DNA of 64,000 bases from an uncultured Gemmatimonadales bacterium (lineage in GTDB: Bacteria; Gemmatimonadota; Gemmatimonadetes; Palauibacterales; Palauibacteraceae): positions 416,001 through 480,000 of the forward strand of contig CAWANJ010000001.1 of the NCBI GenBank assembly GCA_963783385.1, in the 5' to 3' direction. Within the stretch, counting starts at the first letter, position 1. Each line of letters starts with the position of its first letter. Shown here in pieces: positions 10,155-22,499 of this stretch. Both the position numbers and the translations under genes were made by a program. The notes under the pieces are model-generated. The model saw only the letters and a program-made list of their open reading frames with translations, searched no databases and was not told the origin of the DNA.

Positions 10155-11353
10155 TCCTCGGCGCTCCTCGTGTCGCGGCGCTTCCCCTCCAGCGCCTCGA
10201 CCAGGTCGGGCACGGATCGACCACGCCCGGCCGACGCCACGACGAAGTCGGCGGAGGCCGGGAGCCGGAGGGTGATCTGATGGCCGCCGCGCCGCGGCAG
10301 GTAGCGGCCGCCCTCCAGGATGCGCTCGATGTAGATCCTGTGGATCAGGACGCGAACGCAGGCCAGCACCGGCACGGCCACCAGCAGCCCGATGGCGCCC
10401 AGCAGCTTGGCCAGGATGAGGAGCGCCAGCAGGGTCCAGGCCGGCGGGAGCTCGACCCGCTCCTCGAAGATCAGCGGGCTCACCACGTTGGCCTCCAGCA
10501 GGTGCACGCCCGCGCCTACGCTGGCCACGATGAGGGCGAACACGATGCCGTTGTCCGGAAGGACGAAGAGCGCCGGCAGCACCGTGGAAAACAGGGTCCC
10601 GAAGAAGGGGACGATGGCCACGAGGCCGGCGAACACGCCGAACGCGAGCGCGAAGGGCACGCCCAGGAACTGGAGGCCCACCCAGGTCAGCGAGCCGAGC
10701 ACGAACATGGCCAGCAGCTGCCCGCCGAGCCACGATCGCAGCGTCGTGCTCATCTCGTCCATGATGTCGGCCGCCGCGTCCCGGTGGAGCGGCGGGACGA
10801 GCTGCAGCACCTCGCCCCGGTACAGGCCGGGCCGGGTCGTGAGGTAGATGCTGATGGCCACGAGGCTGACCACGTGCACGAAGAACCAGATCCCGTTGAA
10901 CAGGTACGGCACGGCCCCCGTGACGTACTGTCCGATCTGCCGGAACAAGGACCCGAAGTAGTTGCCACCCTGCGGGCCCGCGCCGAACAGCTCGCCCAGG
11001 AACGGATACTTGTCCTGCAGCCCCGACAGGGACCGCTCCCATTGCGCGAGCTGGCGGGGGAGGGCCGTCACCAGCTGGGTCGCCTGGGCGGTGAGGGGCG
11101 GCGCCAGGAGGACCCCGATCCCGCCGATGAACAAGAGCGTCGCCAGGACGCTGACCACGATGCCCACCGGACGCGGGAGCCGGAGACGGCGCTGGAACCA
11201 GTCGGTCACCGCCCCCAGGTAGATGGAGAACAGCAGCGACAGGAAGAGGAGGATGAGGAGGTCGGCGACGCTGTAGACGAACAGCAGGAGGAGGACGAGG
11301 ACGACGGCCGTGACCAGGAGGCGTACCCGGCCCCGGACGCCGGCCGCATCCAT
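10151..11353 (-). CDS. AI-2E family transporter (PerM/YhhT-like)
   Basis: Multi-TM protein with WLGGQL, IVPFFG, EANVVSPLI and GLLVAVP motifs. Confidence 0.88.
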   Translation of the reverse strand: MDAAGVRGRVRLLVTAVVLVLLLLFVYSVADLLILLFLSLLFSIYLGAVTDWFQRRLRLPRPVGIVVSVLATLLFIGGIGVLLAPPLTAQATQLVTALPRQLAQWERSLSGLQDKYPFLGELFGAGPQGGNYFGSLFRQIGQYVTGAVPYLFNGIWFFVHVVSLVAISIYLTTRPGLYRGEVLQLVPPLHRDAAADIMDEMSTTLRSWLGGQLLAMFVLGSLTWVGLQFLGVPFALAFGVFAGLVAIVPFFGTLFSTVLPALFVLPDNGIVFALIVASVGAGVHLLEANVVSPLIFEERVELPPAWTLLALLILAKLLGAIGLLVAVPVLACVRVLIHRIYIERILEGGRYLPRRGGHQITLRLPASADFVVASAGRGRSVPDLVEALEGKRRDTRSAEE

Positions 11354-11369
11354 CCGGCCCTCTCCCGCT

Positions 11370-12167
11370 TCAGCTACCGTGGTCGCCGGAGCCGGAGAGG
11401 TCGTCGCTGTCCTCCTCGACGATCTCCGCGTCCTTCACGTCCGCTTTGCCGGAGCCGAGCGCCCGCGGGGCGGGGTCGTCGCCGGTCGGCAGCAGTCCCA
11501 TCTCCTGCTTGAGGGCCGAGAGTCGGGCCTCGACGTCCCGGTGCCCTCCCGCCTCGAGACCGGCGAATTCCTTCTCGAGCGTGTCGCCCCCGAGCTCGTC
11601 GTCCACCTCGGCGGCGGCGATCGCCCGGCGCTCGGACGCCTCGATCTCCTCGCTCATGCGATCGAACGCCCGGAAGGCGCCCCGGTCCTCGAGGCCCGCG
11701 ATCGTGTCCTGGATGCGCTTCTGCGCCTGGGCGCGCTTCTGCTTGGCGATGAGGAGGTTCTTCTTGCGCTTGGCCTCCTCGATCTTGGCGTTGAGCTGGC
11801 GCAGGGAGTTCTTGAGCCGGTCGGTCTCCTGGCGATGCCGCTGCCACTGCTCCTGGAGCTCCCGGGCATGGTCGGCGTGCTCCTGGCCCCGCATGAGGGC
11901 CTGTCGCGCCAGGTCGTCCCGGCCCTCCTTGACCGCCAGGCGCGCCCGGCGCTCCCATTCCTCCGCCTGTCCCCGCTCCTCCTCCCAGGTCGCCCGGAGC
12001 TTGCGCTCGTCGGCGATGGCGACCGCGACCTCCTGCTTGGCCTGAGCCAGCTGCCGACGCATGTCCTCGAGGATCTGCGTCAGCATCTTCTCCGGGTTCT
12101 CGGCCCGGGCGATGAGGTCGTTGATGTTGGAGCGGAGCACCCGTGAGAGTCTCTCGAAGATTCCCAT
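11370..12167 (-). CDS. pspA: PspA/IM30 (bacterial ESCRT-III) family protein
   Basis: MGIFERLSRVLRSNINDLIARAENPEKML N-terminus, long coiled coil, GRDDLARQAL and AFDRMSEEI motifs. Confidence 0.93.
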   Translation of the reverse strand: MGIFERLSRVLRSNINDLIARAENPEKMLTQILEDMRRQLAQAKQEVAVAIADERKLRATWEEERGQAEEWERRARLAVKEGRDDLARQALMRGQEHADHARELQEQWQRHRQETDRLKNSLRQLNAKIEEAKRKKNLLIAKQKRAQAQKRIQDTIAGLEDRGAFRAFDRMSEEIEASERRAIAAAEVDDELGGDTLEKEFAGLEAGGHRDVEARLSALKQEMGLLPTGDDPAPRALGSGKADVKDAEIVEEDSDDLSGSGDHGS

Positions 12168-12169
12168 GA

Positions 12170-12562
12170 TCAGTCCGTCGACAGTTCCTTCAGGTGACTC
12201 GTGACCGCCAGCGCCAGACTCTCCAGCGAGGCCCGGAACTCCGTGAAGTCCAGGTCCTCCAGCTCCAGCGTGTCGGCCAGCACGATCTCCCCGTCCTCCA
12301 GGCCGTAGGCGCCGTGGACGAGGTCCGACGCGTTCAACTCGAGCAAACGCCTGTAGATTCTGAGCTGCGCGGCCTCGCCCTCCGGTACGGTCCGGATGAC
12401 GGTCCTCAGCAGCAGCACGGGAGGCAAGTAGCTGGCCACGATGGCCGGGCCGCCGCCCTGCTCCTCTCCCTCCGGTCGCACGAGCCACATGCCGTCGCCG
12501 ATTTCCTCGTAGTCGAGGTCGGTTCGGATGAGGTAACTCTCGATGTCTTCGCGACTGATCAT
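12170..12562 (-). CDS. CesT/YbjN-type (T3SS class I chaperone fold) protein
   Basis: Acidic 130-aa protein with RRLLELNASDLVHGAYGL, matching the LL.lN...G.f.l pattern, and a C-terminal amphipathic helix. Confidence 0.75.
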   Translation of the reverse strand: MISREDIESYLIRTDLDYEEIGDGMWLVRPEGEEQGGGPAIVASYLPPVLLLRTVIRTVPEGEAAQLRIYRRLLELNASDLVHGAYGLEDGEIVLADTLELEDLDFTEFRASLESLALAVTSHLKELSTD

Positions 12563-12858
12563 GATCCCGAGCTCCTTTCGCCCTCCGGCTTCGGCGCCTG
12601 GAGCGCGGGGCGCTCCTCCAGCAGCCGTACCAGGAAGTCCTGCTCCTCGGCCATCCGCTCCACCCGGTCCGTCAGCTCCGCCACCTGTCGGCGGAGGCCC
12701 TCGATGTCCTCGCGCGGCACGCCGGGCGGGATCGCCTCGGTCGGACCCTCGGTCTCGACGCGACGGGGACCATCGTCCAGCCGACGCACCAGCCCGCGCC
12801 CCAGGGGGAGAAGCACGGCGAAGAACATGACCAGTACGATGAGTTCCGCCACACCCAT
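12559..12858 (-). CDS. Small membrane-anchored coiled-coil protein (PspB-like architecture)
   Basis: One N-terminal TM helix followed by a heptad segment LRRQVAELTDRVERMAEEQDFLVRLL; ATGA overlap with the next gene. Confidence 0.7.
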   Translation of the reverse strand: MGVAELIVLVMFFAVLLPLGRGLVRRLDDGPRRVETEGPTEAIPPGVPREDIEGLRRQVAELTDRVERMAEEQDFLVRLLEERPALQAPKPEGERSSGS

Positions 12859-12894
12859 GTTTCGCTCTGCGTTACTCCGCCCCGGGATCGTCCC

Positions 12895-12921
12895 TACGTC
12901 GTTCCGCCTTCGGCGGTTTCA
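12895..12921 (-). promoter_or_regulatory. Putative ECF (SigW-like) promoter TGAAAC-N17-CGTA
   Basis: Minus strand reads TGAAAC cgccgaaggcggaacga CGTA, 36 nt upstream of ATG 12858. Confidence 0.6.
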
Positions 12922-13108
12922 CGGGCCGCGGAGGCTTCCCCCACGGCCGGCCGGCGGACGCGGGAGCGTCGGCGAGCGGGCGCTCGGGGCGTCCGCATCA
13001 GGGTAACCCGGAGCCCCGGCGGTAGCAATGCGCACCGCCTATATTGGCCCGTGTTTCGCGCGCCGTCGGGCATCCGGCGGCGCCACCCCCGTCGAGGAGG
13101 ATGGAGCG

Positions 13109-14398
13109 ATGTCCGGTGTACCCGTTCCGCCGCGCGGCCGGCGGGCCCGAGTCCGCAGGCCCGGAGGCCGTGTCGTGCTGGCCCTGCTTCTGGCGCTGAC
13201 CGCGGCCTGCGCCTCGGCCGGACCCTACGGAGGTGGAGGCGAGGGGGGCGAGCGGGGCGAGTCGGGGGAATTGGGACGCGGTGAGCGAATGGAGCGCTTC
13301 CGGCGCGAGGCCGGCTTCCGCTACTGGGTGTACGTGGCCGACGAGGCCTCCGACGTGGTGAGCCGGGTGCGCTTCGACCGGGACAGCATCGCGGTCGACA
13401 GGACGATCCCGGTGGGGATCATGCCCGCCGACCTGGACGGCCCGCACGGCCTGTCGATCTCGGAGGACGGACGCTTCTGGTACCTGACCACGGCGCACGG
13501 GACGCCGTTCGGGCGCCTGTGGAAGTACCGCACCGGGTCCGACGTGCTCGTCGACAGCGTCCAGCTCGGCCTGTTCCCGGCCACCATCGGGCTGACGCCG
13601 GACGGCACGATGGCGTTCGTGGCCAACTTCGACCTGCACGGCGACCCGGTCCCCTCCTCCGTCTCCGTGGTGGAGACCGACCCGGTGCTCACCGAGACGG
13701 GCCGGGTCAAGACCTGCGTGAAGCCGCACGGCGTCCGCGTCGGCCCCGCCGGCGAGCACGTCTACTCCGTATGCATGGCGAGCGACGAGCTGGTGGACAT
13801 GACCGTCCAGCCCCCGAGGGTGAGCCGTACCCTGCACGTGTCCGCGACGGGCGGCGGGCCGTGCAAGCCCACCTGGGCCCAGCCCTCGGTGGACGGGAAG
13901 CACGTGTACGTGGCCTGCAACGGTGCCTCCGAGGTGCTGGACGTGGACGTAGCCACGTGGGCCGTGTCGCGGCGCTTCCAGGTGGGCAAGGCGCCCTACA
14001 ACCTGGCGGTGACGCGGGACGGCCGGTACCTGCTGGCCACCGACAAGGGCGAGCAGGCCGTGAGCCTGGTCGACCTCCGCGACGGAACGGAAGCCGCCCG
14101 GATCGGGACCACCCGCCCCCTCCCCCACGGCGTCGTGGTCTCCCCCGACTCACGCTACGCCTTCGTGACCAACGAGGCCGTGGGCGCCACCCGCAGCACC
14201 GTGGACGTCATCGACCTGGACGGGAAGAAGCGGGTGGCCAGCGTGGAGGTCGAGCACCAGGCGGGCGGCATCGCCTTCTGGCGGATGGCCCCGCTCCGCG
14301 GGCCGAATCCCCGCTTCGGTCGTGGGTTCCGGCCCCGGGAACGGGGCGAGGGCGGCGAGAGCGGCGGTGAGATCGGCGAGGGCGGAGCCACGCGATGA
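13109..14398 (+). CDS. YncE/YVTN-type beta-propeller lipoprotein
   Basis: Lipobox LLLALTAAC; repeated PHGxxxSPDGRxxYVxN blades; TATATT -10-like hexamer at 13040-13045. Confidence 0.82.
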   Translation: MSGVPVPPRGRRARVRRPGGRVVLALLLALTAACASAGPYGGGGEGGERGESGELGRGERMERFRREAGFRYWVYVADEASDVVSRVRFDRDSIAVDRTIPVGIMPADLDGPHGLSISEDGRFWYLTTAHGTPFGRLWKYRTGSDVLVDSVQLGLFPATIGLTPDGTMAFVANFDLHGDPVPSSVSVVETDPVLTETGRVKTCVKPHGVRVGPAGEHVYSVCMASDELVDMTVQPPRVSRTLHVSATGGGPCKPTWAQPSVDGKHVYVACNGASEVLDVDVATWAVSRRFQVGKAPYNLAVTRDGRYLLATDKGEQAVSLVDLRDGTEAARIGTTRPLPHGVVVSPDSRYAFVTNEAVGATRSTVDVIDLDGKKRVASVEVEHQAGGIAFWRMAPLRGPNPRFGRGFRPRERGEGGESGGEIGEGGATR

Positions 14399-14979
14399 AC
14401 GAGTTTGTGCGGGGGATCGTAGCACGTCTCGGTGAGAACTTCGCGCCCGACGTCCTCGGAGCGCAGCTCGCGCGCCTCCTCAGCAGCGCCATCGCTGCTG
14501 GGCTCACCTTCCTGGCGTACTACGCGGCCTGGCGTCTCCTGGACGCCCTCCTCCGCCCGGCCCTGCGCCGGACCCGTCTCGACACCACGAGCCGCGAGTT
14601 CGCCCGGACCGTGATCCGCTTCCTCGTCCTCACCGTGGGCGCGGTGGCCGCCCTGAGCGAGATGGGCATCGGCACGACGTCCCTCCTGGCCAGCCTGGGC
14701 GTGGCCGGCATCACGCTCGGTCTCGTGCGGGAGGACCCGGACTTCATGGAGGTACCGCCTCCGCGCGTCGTGGTGACGGCGCTGGGCGACTACCACGTCA
14801 CCCTGCAGCTCCAGGCCTGGCTGGAGGACGAGCGACGCCACATCCCCCGGCGGTTCGAGCTCCGGGAGCGGGTGTTCGAGGCCCTGAGGAAGGCCGGCGT
14901 CGACATGCCGACCGAGACGATCCGCGTCACGGGCCTGCCGCCTGGTGCCGTCCCGTCGGGATCCCCCGAGCCCGCGTAG
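14395..14979 (+). pseudogene. MscS-family mechanosensitive channel with a large in-frame internal deletion
   Basis: TM1-TM2-TM3a (SLLASLGVAGITLGL) is joined directly to the C-terminal domain end (VVVTALGDYHVTLQLQAW...LRERVFEALRKAGVDMP); TM3b and the beta domain are missing. Confidence 0.7.
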
Positions 14980-15101
14980 GCGCCGGCTCCCGTCCGGCGA
15001 CTTCTCCAGGAGGGACCGGCGGGCTCCCGTTGCCGCACGTAGTCCGGTGGGCCAGCTTGGCCTCGCTCCTGACGACATGGTCCCACGGTCGAGGTTGCTC
15101 C

Positions 15102-17241
15102 ATGGCCCAGTCGCGCCGCGTCCGCGCCCCGCGCCCCGTCGCGGGCGCCCTCCTGTCCGCCGCCCTGCTGGCCGCCGGCCTGCTCGCCGCGCCGGCCCCC
15201 GCCCGGGCCAAGGTGGTCCGGGTCGTGGTCACCAGCCGCGACACGATCCTGGGCGGCAAGGCCTTCGGGAAGGCCGGCGCCTACGAGAGGATCGCGGGGC
15301 GGGTGTACTTCACCTTCGACCCCGCCAACCCGGCGGACGCCCGCATCGCCGACCTCGAGCTGGCCCCCCGGAACGCGGACGGGAAGGTGGAGGCGTGGGC
15401 CAACTTCATGGTGCTCCAGCCGCTCGACCCGGCGCGCCGGAGCGGCGTGTCGCTGGTCGAGGTGTCGAACCGGGGCGGGAAGGCGGCCCTCGCCTACTTC
15501 GACCGGGCCGCCTCCAGCCTGGACCCGTCGCGGGCGCGGGACTTCGGGGACGGCTTCCTCCTCCGCCATGCGGTACACGATCGTGTGGGTGGGGTGGGAG
15601 TTCGACGTGCCGCCCGAGCCCGCCCTCCTCCTCCGCCTCCACGTGCCCCGGGCCACCAACCCGGACGGCTCACCGCTCCGGGGCCGGGTGCGGAGCGACT
15701 GGGTGGTGGAGTACCCGACCCGCACCCTGTCGGTCGGCCACCGGAGCCAGGTGGGCTACCCGGTGACCGACACGGCCACGCGCGGGGCCTACCTCACCGT
15801 GCGCGACGACCGGAACGCGCCCCGCAGGGTCGTCCCGCGCTCGGCCTGGGCCTTCGCCCGGGAGACCGAGGACGGCCGGGTGGTGGGCGACTCGACCCAC
15901 ATCTTCATGAAGGCGGACTTCACGCCCGGGAAGATCTACGAGCTCGTCTACCCGTCCGAGAATCCGCCGGTGGTGGGGCTGGGGCTGGCCGCCGTGCGCG
16001 ACATGATCGCCTACCAGAAGTACGACCCCCACAGCCTGTTCCCCGCCAAATACGGCATCGCCGAGGGCATCTCCCAGACGGGCCGCTTCCTGCGCCACTT
16101 CCTCTACCAGGGCTTCAACGTGGACGAAGAGGGCCGGAAGGCGTTCGACGGGATCCTGGCCATGGCGGCGGGCGGCGGGCGCGGCAGCTTCGATCACCGC
16201 TTCGGGCAGCCCTCCAGGGACGCCCACCGGTTCTCGGCCTTCTTCTACCCGACCGACATCTTCCCCTTCACCGGCCGGGTGGAGCGCGACCCGCTCACCG
16301 GCCGGGAGGACGGGCTCCTGGCACACACGCCGCCCGAGGACCTGCCCAGGATCTTCTACACGAACTCTGGCTACGAGTACTGGGGGCGCGCCGCCTCGCT
16401 CATCCAGACGAGCGCCGACGGATCCACGGACGTGCCGCCCCTCCCGAACGTCCGGATCTACCACTTCGCCGGCGGGCAGCACTTCGTGGACCGCTTCCCG
16501 CCCGGCACCGACCACTTCCCCGAGGCTCCCAGGGGCCTGGTCTCGAAGCCGGGGCAGCCCGCGGCGTGGCGGGGCGACCCGCTCGACTACCATCCCAACC
16601 TCAGGGCCCTGCTGGTGCGGCTCACCGACTGGATCGTGGACGGCCGGGAGCCACCCCCCTCGGCCATCCCGCACATCGCCGACGGGACGCTGGTCCCGGT
16701 GGTGGCGGCCGCGAAGGCGTTCCCCGACATCCCGGGGCTCGGCTTCCCGAAGGTGACCGAGGTGGCCTACCATGCCGACTACGGCCCGCGCTGGGGCGAG
16801 GGGATCGTGGACTTCCAGCCCCCGCGGCTGGGACCCGCCTTCCCCGCCCTCGTGCCGATCACCGACTCGCTCGGGAACGAGCGGGACGGGATCCGGAACG
16901 TGGAGGTGCGCGTCCCGCTGGCCACCTACGCGCCCTGGAGCCTGCGGACCGGCATGCCCGGCCCCCAGGACGAGCTGGCCGACTTCCGCGGCACGTTCAT
17001 CCCGCTGCCGTGGGACGCGGCCGAGAAGACGAGGGCCGGCGACCCGAGGCCGGCGGTGAGCCAGCTGTACGGCTCGCGGGCCGACTACCTGCGGAAGGCG
17101 GGGGCCGCGGTGGACACGCTGGTCCGCGAGGGCTTCCTGCTCCGGGAGGACTCGAGCTACGTGGTGGGGCGAGCCGGGGCGATCTGGGACTGGATGGCGA
17201 AGCGGGCGGCGGACCGGGAGGGAGGCGCGGGCGGACGGTAG
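15102..17241 (+). CDS. Secreted alpha/beta hydrolase domain protein (Abhydrolase_10-like), apparent frameshift near 15571
   Basis: Signal peptide, GAYERIAG...DPANPAD..IADL, EVSNRG; then GWEFDV, GLGLAAVRD, GISQTGRFLR and EYWGRAASL in the +1 frame. Confidence 0.8.
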
Positions 17242-17257
17242 CCGCGCGCCACGAGCA

Positions 17258-17277
17258 CGCGGGGCGTACGCCCCGCG
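17258..17277. terminator. Perfect 20-bp palindrome between convergent genes
   Basis: CGCGGGGCGTACGCCCCGCG, 16 nt after the stop at 17241; no U-tract. Confidence 0.4.
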
Positions 17278-17388
17278 AGCGGCGCATCGCCGGATCGTGG
17301 CCGTCAGGGTGACTACGAGTGTAGTCCCGGCACCGCCCTCGACCACGACCGTCGACGACGGGAAGGCGGGCCCGGACGGCGCCCGGCC

Positions 17389-18432
17389 TCAGCTCCCGCC
17401 CGGCGCTCCCAGCGCGATGCGTCCAATACGGCCCGTGCCCGACAGCGCCAGCCACAGGTCCCCGCGCTCCGGGTCGCTCACCATGTGGCGCACCACCGCG
17501 TTCGGCGTCGGGATCTTCAGGGTGCGGACGACGGCCCCGGTGGCCGGGTCCGCGGCCACCATGAGCCCCGTGGCCGTCTCGGCGTACCACACCCGCCCGT
17601 CGACCCCGATCGCGATCCCGTAGGGACGGCCGCCCTCGTTGGGCGTGGCCCACTCCTCGAACGCGCGCGTGGCCGGGTCGTAGCGGCCCAGTCGACTACG
17701 AGCGTAGTCGGTGTACCACACCCGGCCACGAGCGTCGACGACGAGGCGGCGCGGCCGGGCCCCCTCGTGCGGGAGCCGCACCAGCGTCATGGACGCGTCC
17801 TTCCGGTCGATCCGGCCGAGCGCGTTGGTGCCGAGCAGGGCCACCCACAGGCTCCCGTCGGGCGCCTCGGCGATCCCGTAGGGCCGGGCGCGGGCGGCCG
17901 GCACCGGGTACACGGCGCTCTTCCCCGTGGCCGGGTCCAGCCGCCCGTACAGGTCCGCCCCCTGCACCGTGAACCACAGGGTGCCGTCCACCCAGATCGG
18001 CGTGTGCGGATCGGTGGCCTCGGCCGGGAGCGTGTACTCCCGGATCTTCCCCGTGGCCGGGTCCAGGCGCCCGATCTTCCCGACCCGGTTCGCCGTGTAC
18101 CACACGCCCCCATCCGGGGCCACCGTGATCCCGTGCGGGCCCGAACCCGGCGTGGGCGTCGCCCAGTCCGTGAAGGTCCCGGTGCGCGGATCGAGGCGGC
18201 CGATGTAGCTGTTGGCCTGGTCCGTGTACCACACCATGCCATCCGCGCCCACGGCCGGGTCGTGCGGGAAGGCGCCGGCGCGCGGGATCGGGTACTCGAC
18301 CACGGCGAGGTCGCCGGAGGCGGCCGGCGGCGGCTCCTGGGCCAGGAGCGGCGCCGGGAGGCCGGCGAGGGCCAGGAGCGAGGCGCACAGGGCGCGGGGG
18401 GCGGCGGAGGCGGGGCGGGTAGCCGGGAGCAT
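17389..18432 (-). CDS. Virginiamycin B lyase (Vgb)-family beta-propeller with signal peptide
   Basis: Repeated P.GI..aPDG.VWyT......iGRLDP.TG blades; N-terminal signal ending LLAQ; TATCTT -10-like hexamer upstream. Confidence 0.85.
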   Translation of the reverse strand: MLPATRPASAAPRALCASLLALAGLPAPLLAQEPPPAASGDLAVVEYPIPRAGAFPHDPAVGADGMVWYTDQANSYIGRLDPRTGTFTDWATPTPGSGPHGITVAPDGGVWYTANRVGKIGRLDPATGKIREYTLPAEATDPHTPIWVDGTLWFTVQGADLYGRLDPATGKSAVYPVPAARARPYGIAEAPDGSLWVALLGTNALGRIDRKDASMTLVRLPHEGARPRRLVVDARGRVWYTDYARSRLGRYDPATRAFEEWATPNEGGRPYGIAIGVDGRVWYAETATGLMVAADPATGAVVRTLKIPTPNAVVRHMVSDPERGDLWLALSGTGRIGRIALGAPGGS

Positions 18433-18534
18433 GGCGCACTCTCCGTCGGGGGTGAGTCGGGGAGCCGCTTTCAAGATAGCGGCGCTAGTCCGACGGCGCC
18501 CACTCGGCCCGTCGCGCCGCCGCGAGGGCGGCTT

Positions 18535-21468
<2,934 letters not shown>

Positions 21469-21525
21469 GTCTACCCTGGTTGGGAGGACGGTCGTGTTCG
21501 AACTCTCGTCGTCGGCGGCGCGGTC

Positions 21526-22485
21526 CTACCCCGGGACGAGGATCGTGCCCGCCAGCGGATCCACGTCGACCACCAGGGGCGTCTCGCCGTACGGCTCGCC
21601 GTCCACCTGGGCGGCCACGGGCGGGTCGGACTCCACCTGCACGGACCGCGCCTGCAGGAAGAGCATGCGATCGGTGCCCGCGTAGCGCTCCCGCGCCACG
21701 CGCCACAGCATGCTGGCCACCTCGGGCAGGTTTCGCGGCGCGTACACGCACACGTCCAGGAGCCCGTCCTTGAACGAGGAGCGCGGCGCCACCTTGAAGT
21801 CCATCGGCAGGCCGGCGGCCACGATGTGGCCCACGTTCGCCACCAGGACCATGCTGGCACGGATGTCCAGCTCCCGGTCGTCGGCCACAATGCGGAAGTC
21901 GGCCGCCCGCGGCGTGATCACGTTCTTGAGCCCGCTCACCAGGTAGGCGGCGAAGCCGAACCGGTTCTTGAGCTCCGTGGTCGCGTCGGCCATGACGTCG
22001 GCATCGAGGCCGGCGCCGGCGATGAGCGCGAAGTGCTCGCCGGCGACCCGGCCGAGGTCGATCCGCTCGGGGACCCCGTCCACCGCCGTCCGCACCGAGC
22101 CTTCCAGCGAGGCGGGGATGCCGAAGTTGGCGGCGAGCTGGTTGCCGGTGCCGAACGGGAGGATGGCCACGGGGACGCCCGTGCCGGCCGTGCCCCGGAG
22201 AGCCTGCGCCACCGTGCCATCCCCGCCCACCGCCACCACCGCCCGGAAGCCCGCCACGGCGGCCCGGCGGGCCGCCTCGCGCAACCCCTCCGACTCCGAG
22301 ACCTCCAGGATGTCGAACGGCACGCCGTGGCTCGCGAAGGCGGCCGCCAGGCGACGGCGCAGGGTGGCGCCCCCGCCCGCCGCGGAGGCGCGCGGGTTCA
22401 CGAGGATGAGGAAGCGCTCGGAGTTCGCGTAGGGGAAAGCCTCCGCCGACGATGCGGAGCCCGCGGGCGTAGAGGGATCCGGCAT
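21526..22485 (-). CDS. Diacylglycerol/lipid kinase family protein (YegS/DgkB-like)
   Basis: [28 protein letters not shown] and QVDGE motifs. Confidence 0.9.
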   Translation of the reverse strand: MPDPSTPAGSASSAEAFPYANSERFLILVNPRASAAGGGATLRRRLAAAFASHGVPFDILEVSESEGLREAARRAAVAGFRAVVAVGGDGTVAQALRGTAGTGVPVAILPFGTGNQLAANFGIPASLEGSVRTAVDGVPERIDLGRVAGEHFALIAGAGLDADVMADATTELKNRFGFAAYLVSGLKNVITPRAADFRIVADDRELDIRASMVLVANVGHIVAAGLPMDFKVAPRSSFKDGLLDVCVYAPRNLPEVASMLWRVARERYAGTDRMLFLQARSVQVESDPPVAAQVDGEPYGETPLVVDVDPLAGTILVPG

Positions 22486-22499
22486 GCCCTCCGCCCGGA

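Noticed and set aside
12170-12562. CesT-like protein as evidence of a type III secretion system
   Set aside because: No T3SS apparatus or effector genes are in the window, and the fold also occurs outside secretion systems.
17389-18432. Vgb as a streptogramin resistance gene
   Set aside because: The family is widespread, this copy has a signal peptide and no mobile context, and resistance cannot be inferred from the fold.
21496-21503. GTTCGAAC palindrome upstream of uvrA as a LexA box
   Set aside because: Only 8 bp with no spacer, not matching LexA boxes I know, and not seen upstream of the ruv genes.
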